64,000 bases of DNA. Origin: a virus. Its lineage: Duplodnaviria; Caudoviricetes. Within the stretch, counting starts at the first letter, position 1; each line of letters begins with the position of its first letter. The DNA is taken from positions 192,001 to 256,000 of the IMG/VR virus record IMGVR_UViG_3300031992_000007; one strand, 5' to 3'. Below the pieces are notes generated by a model, which ran no database searches, was not told where the DNA came from, and saw nothing but the letters and a program-made list of their open reading frames with translations. Of the stretch, positions 1 through 8,860 are shown piece after piece. The translations under genes and the position numbers were made by a program.

Positions 1-1463
1 TCGATAACTGATCCCATCTCCTTGATCGAACTGAGGTAGAGTGCGTCCCCGTCGTAGTCTGCATTGGGCGCCGTTATGGAGAACGGACTCATACCTACAG
101 TATCGTCATAGATGTTGGTCTTGAACCCCGCAAAGAATAACTGCACGGCACCTAAACGCAAGGTCGGGTTACGCCCCATAGTTACCGGTAGACCTTTATA
201 CGGACACTGATCCACAAGATCCTGCAAACACATCTGGACCATGTGCGTCATGTTCAAGACTTCCTGTTTCACCCGCTCATCCTTTTCATCTTCCGATGGA
301 GGAACAAGAGCTTGTGTCCAGTAAGCCATAGCTGTCGGGTGGTTCAATCCGAACTTCCGTCGAAGGACGTTCAGGATCTCCAGTTTGTACATACCAACAG
401 CCATCTTCCACGGTAGCTCGACCTCATCAGCCATGTGTGGTTTGATGATGGGGACGATAACGCCGCGACCTGAGCAGTGCACACGTGCACCGAGAATGTT
501 CTTGCGGGCAAATCCTTTCTTGCCCTGTATCTTGTCTTTAATGATCGAGTCAGTGTAGTTCATCCACGACTTGAACGCACCGAAAGCTCTCTGGTCCAAC
601 GTCTTTTCTGACTTGACTGGGTTGTGGTTGTACTGCTGGATCATGTTGTGGATTTCCAAGCACGTTTCCAGGATATACCCAGACGAAGTATCGTCGTACC
701 GCATAGAGCCGTTGGTCGTGATGACGTGGAGCGACTGATTCAATATAGGGATGTGTCTTGTGAACAAGCGATCTTTGTATCGCTCTAGGAACCTGAAGAT
801 ATCTGTATCGCCAGCAGCCTTCTGACCTTTGTGCTTGGACGCAATGTAGTTGATGATATCCCAGAAGTTGTTGTAGAAGTACGTCATACCTCCTCTTGTG
901 AACATGGTGTTCAAAGGTGGAGGGACGTCAGCATCGATGTTTAGGATGCTGTCCAGGATACTTACCTTGCGTTTGGCTGCGCCTATCCACTTATCCAAGA
1001 CTCTGTAGACTACAGGCTGTAGGAAAGGAGGGAAAGGCTCAGGTATCTCGAGCCAGGCTCGGATAGCTATTTCGTCGGCGAACAGAGTGTGAACTTTAGT
1101 TTTGCAAATAGGACACGTAAGATCCAGATTGGGGTTGCCCTTGAGATGACCACAGTCACACGACGCGACGTAATTGATTCCGCCGTCGGAGGTCATGAAC
1201 AGCCTATCGACGATGTCGTCAACAGAACCACCCATAGCCACACTATCGTTTTCTGCACCACATGGGAGCAACATAGCACCTTTGGCTCGACTCTCTAGGA
1301 AAAGCTTGTCGAAATCCAGGACTTCTAGTTTGCTGACCACCTGAGTGACTTTGGTACCAAGATACGATGAACGCCAAGCTTTAAGAAGCGGCATCCAGTG
1401 CTGGGCAACTTGTTCGTTCTTGAAGATCAGTGGTTCATACCACTCTTGTTTCGTTTGTCCCAT
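1..1463 (-). CDS. Non-virion multisubunit RNA polymerase beta'-like subunit (phiKZ gp55-like); runs off the left edge of the window
   Basis: Hand translation from ATG at 1463: MGQTKQEWYEPL..., Zn-finger ASCDCGHLKGN...TCPICKTKV, beta' motifs GFARKNILGARVHCSGRGVIVP and GRNPTL, and catalytic-type APNADYDGD near nt 45-70. It directly follows the chimallin-like gene, as in phiKZ. Confidence 0.9.
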   Translation of the reverse strand, partial: MGQTKQEWYEPLIFKNEQVAQHWMPLLKAWRSSYLGTKVTQVVSKLEVLDFDKLFLESRAKGAMLLPCGAENDSVAMGGSVDDIVDRLFMTSDGGINYVASCDCGHLKGNPNLDLTCPICKTKVHTLFADEIAIRAWLEIPEPFPPFLQPVVYRVLDKWIGAAKRKVSILDSILNIDADVPPPLNTMFTRGGMTYFYNNFWDIINYIASKHKGQKAAGDTDIFRFLERYKDRLFTRHIPILNQSLHVITTNGSMRYDDTSSGYILETCLEIHNMIQQYNHNPVKSEKTLDQRAFGAFKSWMNYTDSIIKDKIQGKKGFARKNILGARVHCSGRGVIVPIIKPHMADEVELPWKMAVGMYKLEILNVLRRKFGLNHPTAMAYWTQALVPPSEDEKDERVKQEVLNMTHMVQMCLQDLVDQCPYKGLPVTMGRNPTLRLGAVQLFFAGFKTNIYDDTVGMSPFSITAPNADYDGDALYLSSIKEMGSVI

Positions 1464-1551
1464 TTCGCTCTCCTAAAAATAGAGTTGAAGAAAGATTAAA
1501 CCCACCGATGACCGAAATCATCGGTGGGTCGTACAGTCTCGCCCTCTATTC

Positions 1552-3162
1552 TTAGAATGCGAAGCCGCCCGCAGAGGCCCAGAGACCCGCCGGCGCGATG
1601 CCCGACTGGAACATCGGCATGGTACCGATATTCTCCACATCGAACCCGCGGATGGACGACAGATCGTACGTGGCCTCGGCAAAGGTGCCATCGACCTCGA
1701 GCATGATCGTCTCGTTCATGTCGTTGGTGATGTTGCACACCCACTCCGGCTCGAGGACCGTGCGTGTCGTGATGTAGCGCATCTGAGCACCAGGCACGAA
1801 GTGCTTGACGATCTCAGCACGCTTGGACGCATCGACCATCGGATCGGTATCGATCACGAACTTGTAGAGGTCCGCAACCTCGCCCGAATCGACGCCCTGA
1901 CCGATGAGGTACAGCGGATCGATCGTACGAGTGTCGACCTCCATCGCCGTGCCCTTGCTGACGATCTTGCAAACGCCATCGAAGCGACGACGATCGACCT
2001 GGTGGATACCACGGGCGCTGGAAGCACCCTTGCCACCGGTGAACGAATCGATCTCCGCATTGAGCTTCGCCGGGTTCGTGAAGATGTCCTTGAGACCAGG
2101 CATGAGCGGCTGGCCGAGCTGGACGTCGAGCGCCAGACGCGGTACCTTGTTCGCCAGGTAGTTGTTGAGGATGTTGTTCCTCGAGACAACGTCCGTGACC
2201 GTGTAGAGCTTGCCTGTATCCTGATCGACCGCGAGCTTGCCGATATCCGGCGCGTCCTTGGTGTAACGGGAATACGGCTCGAGCCACTGACCCTTCGTGA
2301 TGAAGACCGTCGCGGAAGCCGCAAGACCTAGAGCCGTGAGACGGCTGGTCGGACGACGCGAGTAGATGCCAGTGATGATGAACACCGGAGCATGACGGAG
2401 CTCGCTCGTGAACATCGAACCGGACTTCGCATAGATGAACTCCGTGTAACCTGTGACAGCAACGAGAGGAATGACTTCCATTGCCTGCTTGCCATCCGCA
2501 CCAACCTGACCCTTGATCGGGCGAGTGCCGTAGATGAGGAAGCCGACGTCATGACGAGGAAGCACATCGATCGGCCAGCAGCTGCGGATGTACTGAGTCA
2601 CACGCTCGGGATCCGTGGTGACCTTGAGAACCGTGTCCTTGAACGAAGCGATCGAGAGATGCTTCATCTCCGAGTCGGTCTCGCAGATCATGTAGTTGAT
2701 GATGAAGGACGACATGCTCTCGGCGAGATCATACATCGGCTTCGTGACGAGAATGAACTGTTCGAGCTTCTCCGGATCGATCTTGGCCTGGGAGGCGAGC
2801 GAGTTGCGGAAGTCGTTGATGCTCGCAGCAGCAGGCATACCGTCACCCGTGAACTGGAGCGTCTCAAGCATAACGAACCCGAACACCTTGTCGAAGATCG
2901 ACAGAGCGTAACCTTCGTAGTTCGCACCAGCGATGCGCGTCATCGTGGCTTCGGGGAACGAAGCCTTGACAGCCGTCTCGATCTTGTTGATGTATTCGCG
3001 ACCCTCAACAGAAAGCGTGGACGCAGTGCGCGCCATCTTCATGATGTCGAGAATCGAACCAGCGCCTGCAGGAGCAGACGTCGTGACCGTGGTTTTCGTA
3101 GGGGCGCCTGCATCTCCCGTGGGAGCGGCACCACCCCTGAACAACTGAGTAGTATCAGCCAT
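1552..3162 (-). CDS. chmA: Chimallin-like nuclear shell protein, 536 aa
   Basis: Low-complexity N-terminus and segments resembling recalled chimallin sequences (W..P...KDAPDIGKL, PRLALDV, DTRTIDPL, terminal aromatic residue). Strong C/G-ending codon bias, immediately upstream of the nvRNAP beta' gene, with an early-promoter-like motif upstream. Confidence 0.75.
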   Translation of the reverse strand: MADTTQLFRGGAAPTGDAGAPTKTTVTTSAPAGAGSILDIMKMARTASTLSVEGREYINKIETAVKASFPEATMTRIAGANYEGYALSIFDKVFGFVMLETLQFTGDGMPAAASINDFRNSLASQAKIDPEKLEQFILVTKPMYDLAESMSSFIINYMICETDSEMKHLSIASFKDTVLKVTTDPERVTQYIRSCWPIDVLPRHDVGFLIYGTRPIKGQVGADGKQAMEVIPLVAVTGYTEFIYAKSGSMFTSELRHAPVFIITGIYSRRPTSRLTALGLAASATVFITKGQWLEPYSRYTKDAPDIGKLAVDQDTGKLYTVTDVVSRNNILNNYLANKVPRLALDVQLGQPLMPGLKDIFTNPAKLNAEIDSFTGGKGASSARGIHQVDRRRFDGVCKIVSKGTAMEVDTRTIDPLYLIGQGVDSGEVADLYKFVIDTDPMVDASKRAEIVKHFVPGAQMRYITTRTVLEPEWVCNITNDMNETIMLEVDGTFAEATYDLSSIRGFDVENIGTMPMFQSGIAPAGLWASAGGFAF

Positions 3163-3270
3163 TTCTGTATTTCCTTTGTTTTTGTGTTAACACTGCTACT
3201 CCATTGCTGAAGCAGCGACCTAGGTTTCGTCTCAGCCTCCAGCAGACAATCTAGAGACTTCAACAAATTG

Positions 3271-3280
3271 GTAATATATG
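3271..3280 (-). promoter_or_regulatory. Early-promoter-like motif (CATATATTAC) upstream of the chimallin-like gene
   Basis: Contains TATATTAC, the phiKZ early promoter core. Related TATA(C/T)ATTAC copies occur upstream of other minus-strand genes at about 11643, 32276, 52524 and 53134. Confidence 0.55.
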
Positions 3281-3288
3281 CACAAACA

Positions 3289-3990
3289 TTACACGGAAGT
3301 TTGTGCATCTTCTGGTTTGCGAGCTTCTTCAGGAACGACTCCTTCACGAATCGTCGCAACACCATTGACGACGGTATTGGCAGACTTAACTACCTTTTCT
3401 GCAGCCTCGACAATATCGGACTGTTTACTGGCCGTGTCAGCAGCTTTAGCCGCAAGAGCTTCAAGAGTTGCAGGATCGACCATGATCTTGATCTTACCTT
3501 CACGTGCAGCTTCAAGAACCTTGCTAAGCTTCTTATCTCCTTTACCACCTTGAAGGGTGATAACGAAATCGATCTTGCCAAAACAGTCAGTATAGGTGAT
3601 CTGTTTGATAGGCATGTACACGAGTTCGGACTTCACCCAAAGACCCATGTACTCAAGATTGGACTCAAGCTTACCAGGCGAGTTATCTGTCATTCCGTGA
3701 TAATAAAGACACGGATAACCATAAGTCGTTTTCTTGTACTTGATGCCAACCCAACCCGCACTGTCTTTAAGTTCGGTACTCTCGAGCATGCACTTGATGA
3801 ATTGTCCAACAACAGTGATGTTGTGTTTCTTCATCCAGTGAGGATTGACGATACCGTGAGCTCTACCAGCACTGTCTTTCTCAATGAACTTGGTGATAGA
3901 ATTCAAAGCAGAATCTTCTGATGATGCAGGAGGGGCTTCTTTGTCGGACACAACGTGCATTACGGAACTCCTTTCAATTTTATGTTCCAT
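3289..3990 (-). CDS. Hypothetical protein, 233 aa
   Basis: Long ORF with phage-like codon usage and an Ala/Lys-rich C-terminus. Confidence 0.65.
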   Translation of the reverse strand: MEHKIERSSVMHVVSDKEAPPASSEDSALNSITKFIEKDSAGRAHGIVNPHWMKKHNITVVGQFIKCMLESTELKDSAGWVGIKYKKTTYGYPCLYYHGMTDNSPGKLESNLEYMGLWVKSELVYMPIKQITYTDCFGKIDFVITLQGGKGDKKLSKVLEAAREGKIKIMVDPATLEALAAKAADTASKQSDIVEAAEKVVKSANTVVNGVATIREGVVPEEARKPEDAQTSV

Positions 3991-4062
3991 TTTTCAACTA
4001 GCTTTAACAGCAAGTCATACCAGTGGAGCGAAATCGTAAATTTATATCAACTGGAGGAACCG

Positions 4063-5235
4063 ATGATCAGACCGTTACTTGATGTTATCCCAGCAGGGAA
4101 CCGAAAGTATCCGATCCGCTATAGACGTTCGATCAACATCCTGTATTCCAGATTGGACTACCTGAAGTTCAAGTTTCTCGAAATGGGAATGACAAACTCT
4201 TCAGGTCTACTCCTTATTAAAGCACTGCTTGAAGGAGCAGACTTGAATGAGATTGATTCGTATCAGACTGACCTCGACAGGTTCATTTACGTGATCCAGT
4301 CTTACAAACAGTCGAGACTCAATCAGTTCGATCCCGTGTACTCCGGAAAATTTACAACCGGATACTTTTCTTCAGGCCAAAGTTCCTACGCTGGAATAAC
4401 GGAGATCTTACTCGACGTAGATACTGCTCATCCGCTCAATACTCTCCCCTTGGAGAAAGATTGGTCAGAGTGGCAGTATTTGCGTGGTCTTCGGATCATT
4501 TCACACGACTCACTGGAAATTCCAGAAACGATCACTTCTTCTCTTATTACCTTCGTTAAGGATGCACCAACAATCCTTGTCATGTCGATCGATGTTCCTG
4601 TACTCCTCTTCAAATACTACAAGTACTGGAAGAATTGTAAGGATGCCGGAATCGAATGTGTGTTGACTGACTTCCTTAAGAGATATGAGTACGCCAATTT
4701 CTTCTCTGATCTGTTGGATGCATGGGTTCTCAATTTGTTCCCATTTGTCTTTACAGCTAGAGGACAGAACTTGACTGTCAACGAAGTGGTCAAAGGTCTG
4801 ACAGTTCCTACAAGAGTTGCAACTGACAATGTCCTTAGAGAAGTTGTTGGCGGACTCTTCGAGTATGCAACTCTTTACCAACAGAACTCTCTCAAACCTC
4901 AGGACTTCATGGATACTCCATGGATGCCAAACAACCAGACATTCAGAGAGAAGATATTGGACTACTGTGATCGTGTACAGTTCCCGCCACAACGCAACTA
5001 CTTGTGGTGCAAAGCTCTATTCTGGCTTCCGTTCGTTGATATCATCACAAGTTCCCTCATCGTGTTCCCCAGTAGTCCGGTGTCTAACCAGATAGCTGCT
5101 AGGGCAAGACAGCTTTGGAGGAAGGAATTCCAGTTCTCTAACATGACAAGTATAGCTAGAGGGACGGCTGTTAAGACAGCAGCCTCTGGTATAGGAGAAA
5201 TGCTTGAAGAATTGACGAAAGAACGGGCGGGCTGA
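4063..5235 (+). CDS. Hypothetical protein, probably virion structural
   Basis: ORF 3955..5235; GGAGG RBS before ATG at 4063; TTTTATG late-like motif at about 3978; ends near a hairpin at 5311-5339. Confidence 0.7.
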   Translation: MIRPLLDVIPAGNRKYPIRYRRSINILYSRLDYLKFKFLEMGMTNSSGLLLIKALLEGADLNEIDSYQTDLDRFIYVIQSYKQSRLNQFDPVYSGKFTTGYFSSGQSSYAGITEILLDVDTAHPLNTLPLEKDWSEWQYLRGLRIISHDSLEIPETITSSLITFVKDAPTILVMSIDVPVLLFKYYKYWKNCKDAGIECVLTDFLKRYEYANFFSDLLDAWVLNLFPFVFTARGQNLTVNEVVKGLTVPTRVATDNVLREVVGGLFEYATLYQQNSLKPQDFMDTPWMPNNQTFREKILDYCDRVQFPPQRNYLWCKALFWLPFVDIITSSLIVFPSSPVSNQIAARARQLWRKEFQFSNMTSIARGTAVKTAASGIGEMLEELTKERAG

Positions 5236-5310
5236 TACTCTGGTGCCGAGGCTCTCGCCCCAGCACAGATTCATATGTATAGAGTCAGCTGTATAAAAGA
5301 ATACACCGAT

Positions 5311-5339
5311 AGGTACCCTGCCGTAGAGGCAGGGTACCT
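5311..5339. terminator. Hairpin between convergent genes
   Basis: AGGTACCCTGCC-gtaga-GGCAGGGTACCT perfect 12-bp stem. Confidence 0.7.
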
Positions 5340-5350
5340 TCGGGGTTATT

Positions 5351-6790
5351 TTAAACATGCGATTCGCCAACAGCTTGAACATTGTCGTAGTTCAACGTAA
5401 CTGCAGCCGTACACACCATCATCGGCATGATAGGCGTATCAGCACGAATGAACTCGTACATAACCTTCTCGGCCTGTCCGACTATCTTCTTCAAACACTG
5501 AGGGTGGTCGTAGTAGAAGAACACCTTGGTGTGAGGAGTGAAGATCCATGGTTCGGCGTAGTTCCAGACAAACATAAGGGAAGTTCCTTGATACGACCTA
5601 AGCTCACTCTTGATCTTGTAGTCGTTATCCTTACCTCTCTGTTGTTCGAATTTAACCACCTGCTTCTTATCAACAGGATCGGTCGAAAGGACTTGGAGAA
5701 GGTTACGGTGCCTGGAGATCTTCCACTTGTTATCTGCGATGAGCTTACGGTGGCCATCAAGGATGATCTGAGACTGCTGAGAGTCAATACCAGTAGGAGC
5801 ATTCTCAGTTCCTAGATCACTCCAGTTGATAGCATCAACTTCATCGTTGACCAAGATGTTAACACCAGCTGCAGGGCACTTATAATGCCAACACTGCTGA
5901 CCCTTCTGGATGTTACCACCTACAGAATACACATGGATAGGATTCTCCTTACGAGGAGATCCGTATCTTGGGTAAACATACCAACAGTTCTTTTTGAGAC
6001 ACTTCCAGTATCTGGTGATGTAACTGCAGAACCCGTTGTTGTAAACTCCAAGACCAGGAGCGTTCTGAAGATAGGACATAGCCTCTTCGAAATGCATGTA
6101 GGGGATCAAAAGGTTAGTGTACTTCCACTTGTTGTCTGGAACAGCTATCTGCTCCTTGGCGATATGAAAGTGCGACACAACACTCTCAATAGCCGAATCC
6201 ATCTTCGTATTCTTGAGAAGAAGGTTGATCATCTGCTTACGAGCAGAGAAGATGTCTGGGAAGATGAACTCTACCTTCATGTGGTAGGTGGCTCTATCCC
6301 TATCATGTTCGTCTCTATCACCATCCATGCGACAGGGTGATTTCTTACCATCCCACCACTGAGGATAGATACGATCTACACTAAGCTTCTTGAAGATATC
6401 CTCGTACTCAACAAGCACGCACTTGAAAGTGAAGGTATTCTCATCAGAGGCTTCCTGCCACCTTTGAATAGCATCTTTGTGAGTAAGGGTAGGATCAACC
6501 TGACCGATAGTGCACTTGCACTTGAGGTTCTTCCTTAAGAAGTACAGTGTAATGTACTCATTACGGTTGAGCTCGAGATCGCAGGTGATCTTGTCGGTTA
6601 TGTTGTTGACGAAGTCCTGCTCGATCGTGAAACGTTTGATTGCGTGCTGCAGAAGGTCAACACGTACTTTGGGGAAGATGTCGGAAGTGAAGATAAGCTG
6701 GATGTTATACACACAGGATTTCTTAACTACCTTCTTCCTGATCTTTTCGACAGCTTTCGCCATCGCGTCTGTCATATCTGTACCTAACAT
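5351..6790 (-). CDS. Putative virion structural (tail/baseplate) protein, 479 aa
   Basis: AGGAGA RBS, long ORF, in a structural gene block. Confidence 0.6.
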   Translation of the reverse strand: MLGTDMTDAMAKAVEKIRKKVVKKSCVYNIQLIFTSDIFPKVRVDLLQHAIKRFTIEQDFVNNITDKITCDLELNRNEYITLYFLRKNLKCKCTIGQVDPTLTHKDAIQRWQEASDENTFTFKCVLVEYEDIFKKLSVDRIYPQWWDGKKSPCRMDGDRDEHDRDRATYHMKVEFIFPDIFSARKQMINLLLKNTKMDSAIESVVSHFHIAKEQIAVPDNKWKYTNLLIPYMHFEEAMSYLQNAPGLGVYNNGFCSYITRYWKCLKKNCWYVYPRYGSPRKENPIHVYSVGGNIQKGQQCWHYKCPAAGVNILVNDEVDAINWSDLGTENAPTGIDSQQSQIILDGHRKLIADNKWKISRHRNLLQVLSTDPVDKKQVVKFEQQRGKDNDYKIKSELRSYQGTSLMFVWNYAEPWIFTPHTKVFFYYDHPQCLKKIVGQAEKVMYEFIRADTPIMPMMVCTAAVTLNYDNVQAVGESHV

Positions 6791-6800
6791 AAACTCTCCT

Positions 6801-7283
6801 TTACATGAAGGCCATTAGGTCAAGGATGTTGTTGGACTTAGGCTTTCTCTCGTTCTGTGAATCATTATACCTGCGAACATTGGTGTTCAACATATGCAAA
6901 GCCGTCTTGCAGTTGGATACGAACGCAGCATAATCCGGATGTGCAGAAAGGTCAATACCTTCAGCCTGGGCAAGATAGTCAGTAAGCCACTTCTGCATGA
7001 ACATCATGTCAGAGGTATAAAGGAACTCGATATACTTCCCGTTAACCAAAGCATCGACGATGTATCTTGAAGAAAGACTGGCGTGACAAATATCGTTGTA
7101 GTTGAAATCGTCAAGTTGACGGATGGGTGGAGGCTGTTTGTCTCCAAACACAGCTGAGTTGTGTACGATGTTTGTAGTTGCCGAATAGTTCTCCTGGACG
7201 AGTACATCGAATTCTATTTTGTCTATGTTGTCATAGACATCAGGGAACATCTTTCGTGTAGCTGGATCAAATGGTGCGGACAT
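6801..7283 (-). CDS. Hypothetical protein, 160 aa
   Basis: GGAGG RBS; operonic with the downstream gene. Confidence 0.7.
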   Translation of the reverse strand: MSAPFDPATRKMFPDVYDNIDKIEFDVLVQENYSATTNIVHNSAVFGDKQPPPIRQLDDFNYNDICHASLSSRYIVDALVNGKYIEFLYTSDMMFMQKWLTDYLAQAEGIDLSAHPDYAAFVSNCKTALHMLNTNVRRYNDSQNERKPKSNNILDLMAFM

Positions 7284-7364
7284 TATACTTCCTCCATTTT
7301 GCTAAAAATTCATAGAATAGAAATACCTCGGTAGGCCCTTACAGGCCTACCGAAGTTGAGCATT

Positions 7365-8846
7365 TTAGCGTTGCCAGTCAAGGCCTTCCAAATGTTGAAT
7401 GTACATCTGCGCTTTATCAGCAAGGAACTCGTAGATCGGCATCTTGTAGAACTGCTCCAACAACGGAAGCGACCAGACCTCTTCGATACAGGTGTGGAGA
7501 AGTTTCAGGTCAATCTTCCTAGTAAGAAGGAAGAGACGCATCAACTTAACATGTGCCACAGAACCCAAAAGAATGAGGTCTAGGGTGCCACCGAGTCCAG
7601 AGGAAGATCCATCTTCTTCCTCATCGCCCATACACTCTCTGTAGTGAGGATGCAGGTGCAGTAGCAAGTCACCGACTATCTTGTCATCCGATTCATCTCC
7701 AGCAGGAATGGTTGGAATGGATGAGTCTGCTGGGATTTCTCCCTCAGTAGTATCATCACCACTACCATCATCATTGACCTGGTCGAACCAGTCCTTGAGG
7801 TTCATCGACTTGATCCAGTACAAATACATCTTGTTCGTAAGGGCATTGTGTTTAACGCTCTTACTACCGAGGATGTGGATCTGAGACATAGTCGATGTAG
7901 GAACAGTCTCAAGAGGAAGATTCTCATCCAACAGAGCTACCCACACAGATACATCGATGAATGGTGCTCCTCTGAATAACTGCACCGGACGATAGCCAGC
8001 TTCGGTATGTTCAAGAGTCCTGAGTAGGAAGTCCACGATGTATGGATCGTAGATGTTGTCCGGACGCATGTAGCTGAACATCAGGTTCTTGTCGAGGAAC
8101 TTGGCAGTATGATACTTGATCATCCTGAGTCGCTGCTTCTTCAAGTACTTGAGTTCAACATATTCGTCGTGATAGAGAAGTGCTCCAGGCTCATTGAGGA
8201 ATCTAGTCTTATCGAACCATGCTTCGTCAGTGATACCTTGTTCAAGGGTTTCAATAACGTCGTTCGATACCCACTCGACCATCGCGAACTGGATCTTGTA
8301 GTACGTCGAGGCGCGGATAGACAACCTGGAAGGATGATCCGTAACCTGCATCAACGCGCACTTACCAGTATCGACCTCCATGACGAACTTATCACCCTTC
8401 TCAGGTCTGAACCCAGGATAGGTCAGAGCTTCACCAGAGAGTTTACTCTTGGTTTCAGCAGTATCGTGTTCGTACTGGAGTGAACCTGTCATCCGCAACT
8501 CGAAGTTGTGAATCTTCAAGACGGACTTGTGGACGTCATGAACTCCGTCATCCGTATCATCGTACTTACCCCGAACATCCGTTTCCGAATAATGCTCCTT
8601 GTAGTAAGTGACGGTTATGGCAGAACCTTCAGCATACCCCTTCATATCAGCAACAACCTGGAACGAGCGATCGGTGTTGATACCGGTCGCGTTGTTCTGG
8701 GTGTTGATGACATACTTACGATTAGCCAACTCCTTGTCAGGATCGAGGATAGTGAGTTCTTCACGTCCAGTAATTCCTGGAGTGTTGGCATCAACGATAG
8801 GAGTAGCGGCTACTTCTTTGTGACCTTTAGTAGGATAGAAACTCAT
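7365..8846 (-). CDS. Putative phiKZ-like virion structural protein, 493 aa
   Basis: EGSAITVTYY and YPGFRPEKGDKF motifs recalled from phiKZ-like structural proteins; GGAG RBS. Confidence 0.6.
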   Translation of the reverse strand: MSFYPTKGHKEVAATPIVDANTPGITGREELTILDPDKELANRKYVINTQNNATGINTDRSFQVVADMKGYAEGSAITVTYYKEHYSETDVRGKYDDTDDGVHDVHKSVLKIHNFELRMTGSLQYEHDTAETKSKLSGEALTYPGFRPEKGDKFVMEVDTGKCALMQVTDHPSRLSIRASTYYKIQFAMVEWVSNDVIETLEQGITDEAWFDKTRFLNEPGALLYHDEYVELKYLKKQRLRMIKYHTAKFLDKNLMFSYMRPDNIYDPYIVDFLLRTLEHTEAGYRPVQLFRGAPFIDVSVWVALLDENLPLETVPTSTMSQIHILGSKSVKHNALTNKMYLYWIKSMNLKDWFDQVNDDGSGDDTTEGEIPADSSIPTIPAGDESDDKIVGDLLLHLHPHYRECMGDEEEDGSSSGLGGTLDLILLGSVAHVKLMRLFLLTRKIDLKLLHTCIEEVWSLPLLEQFYKMPIYEFLADKAQMYIQHLEGLDWQR

Positions 8847-8860
8847 AGATCGTCAACTCC

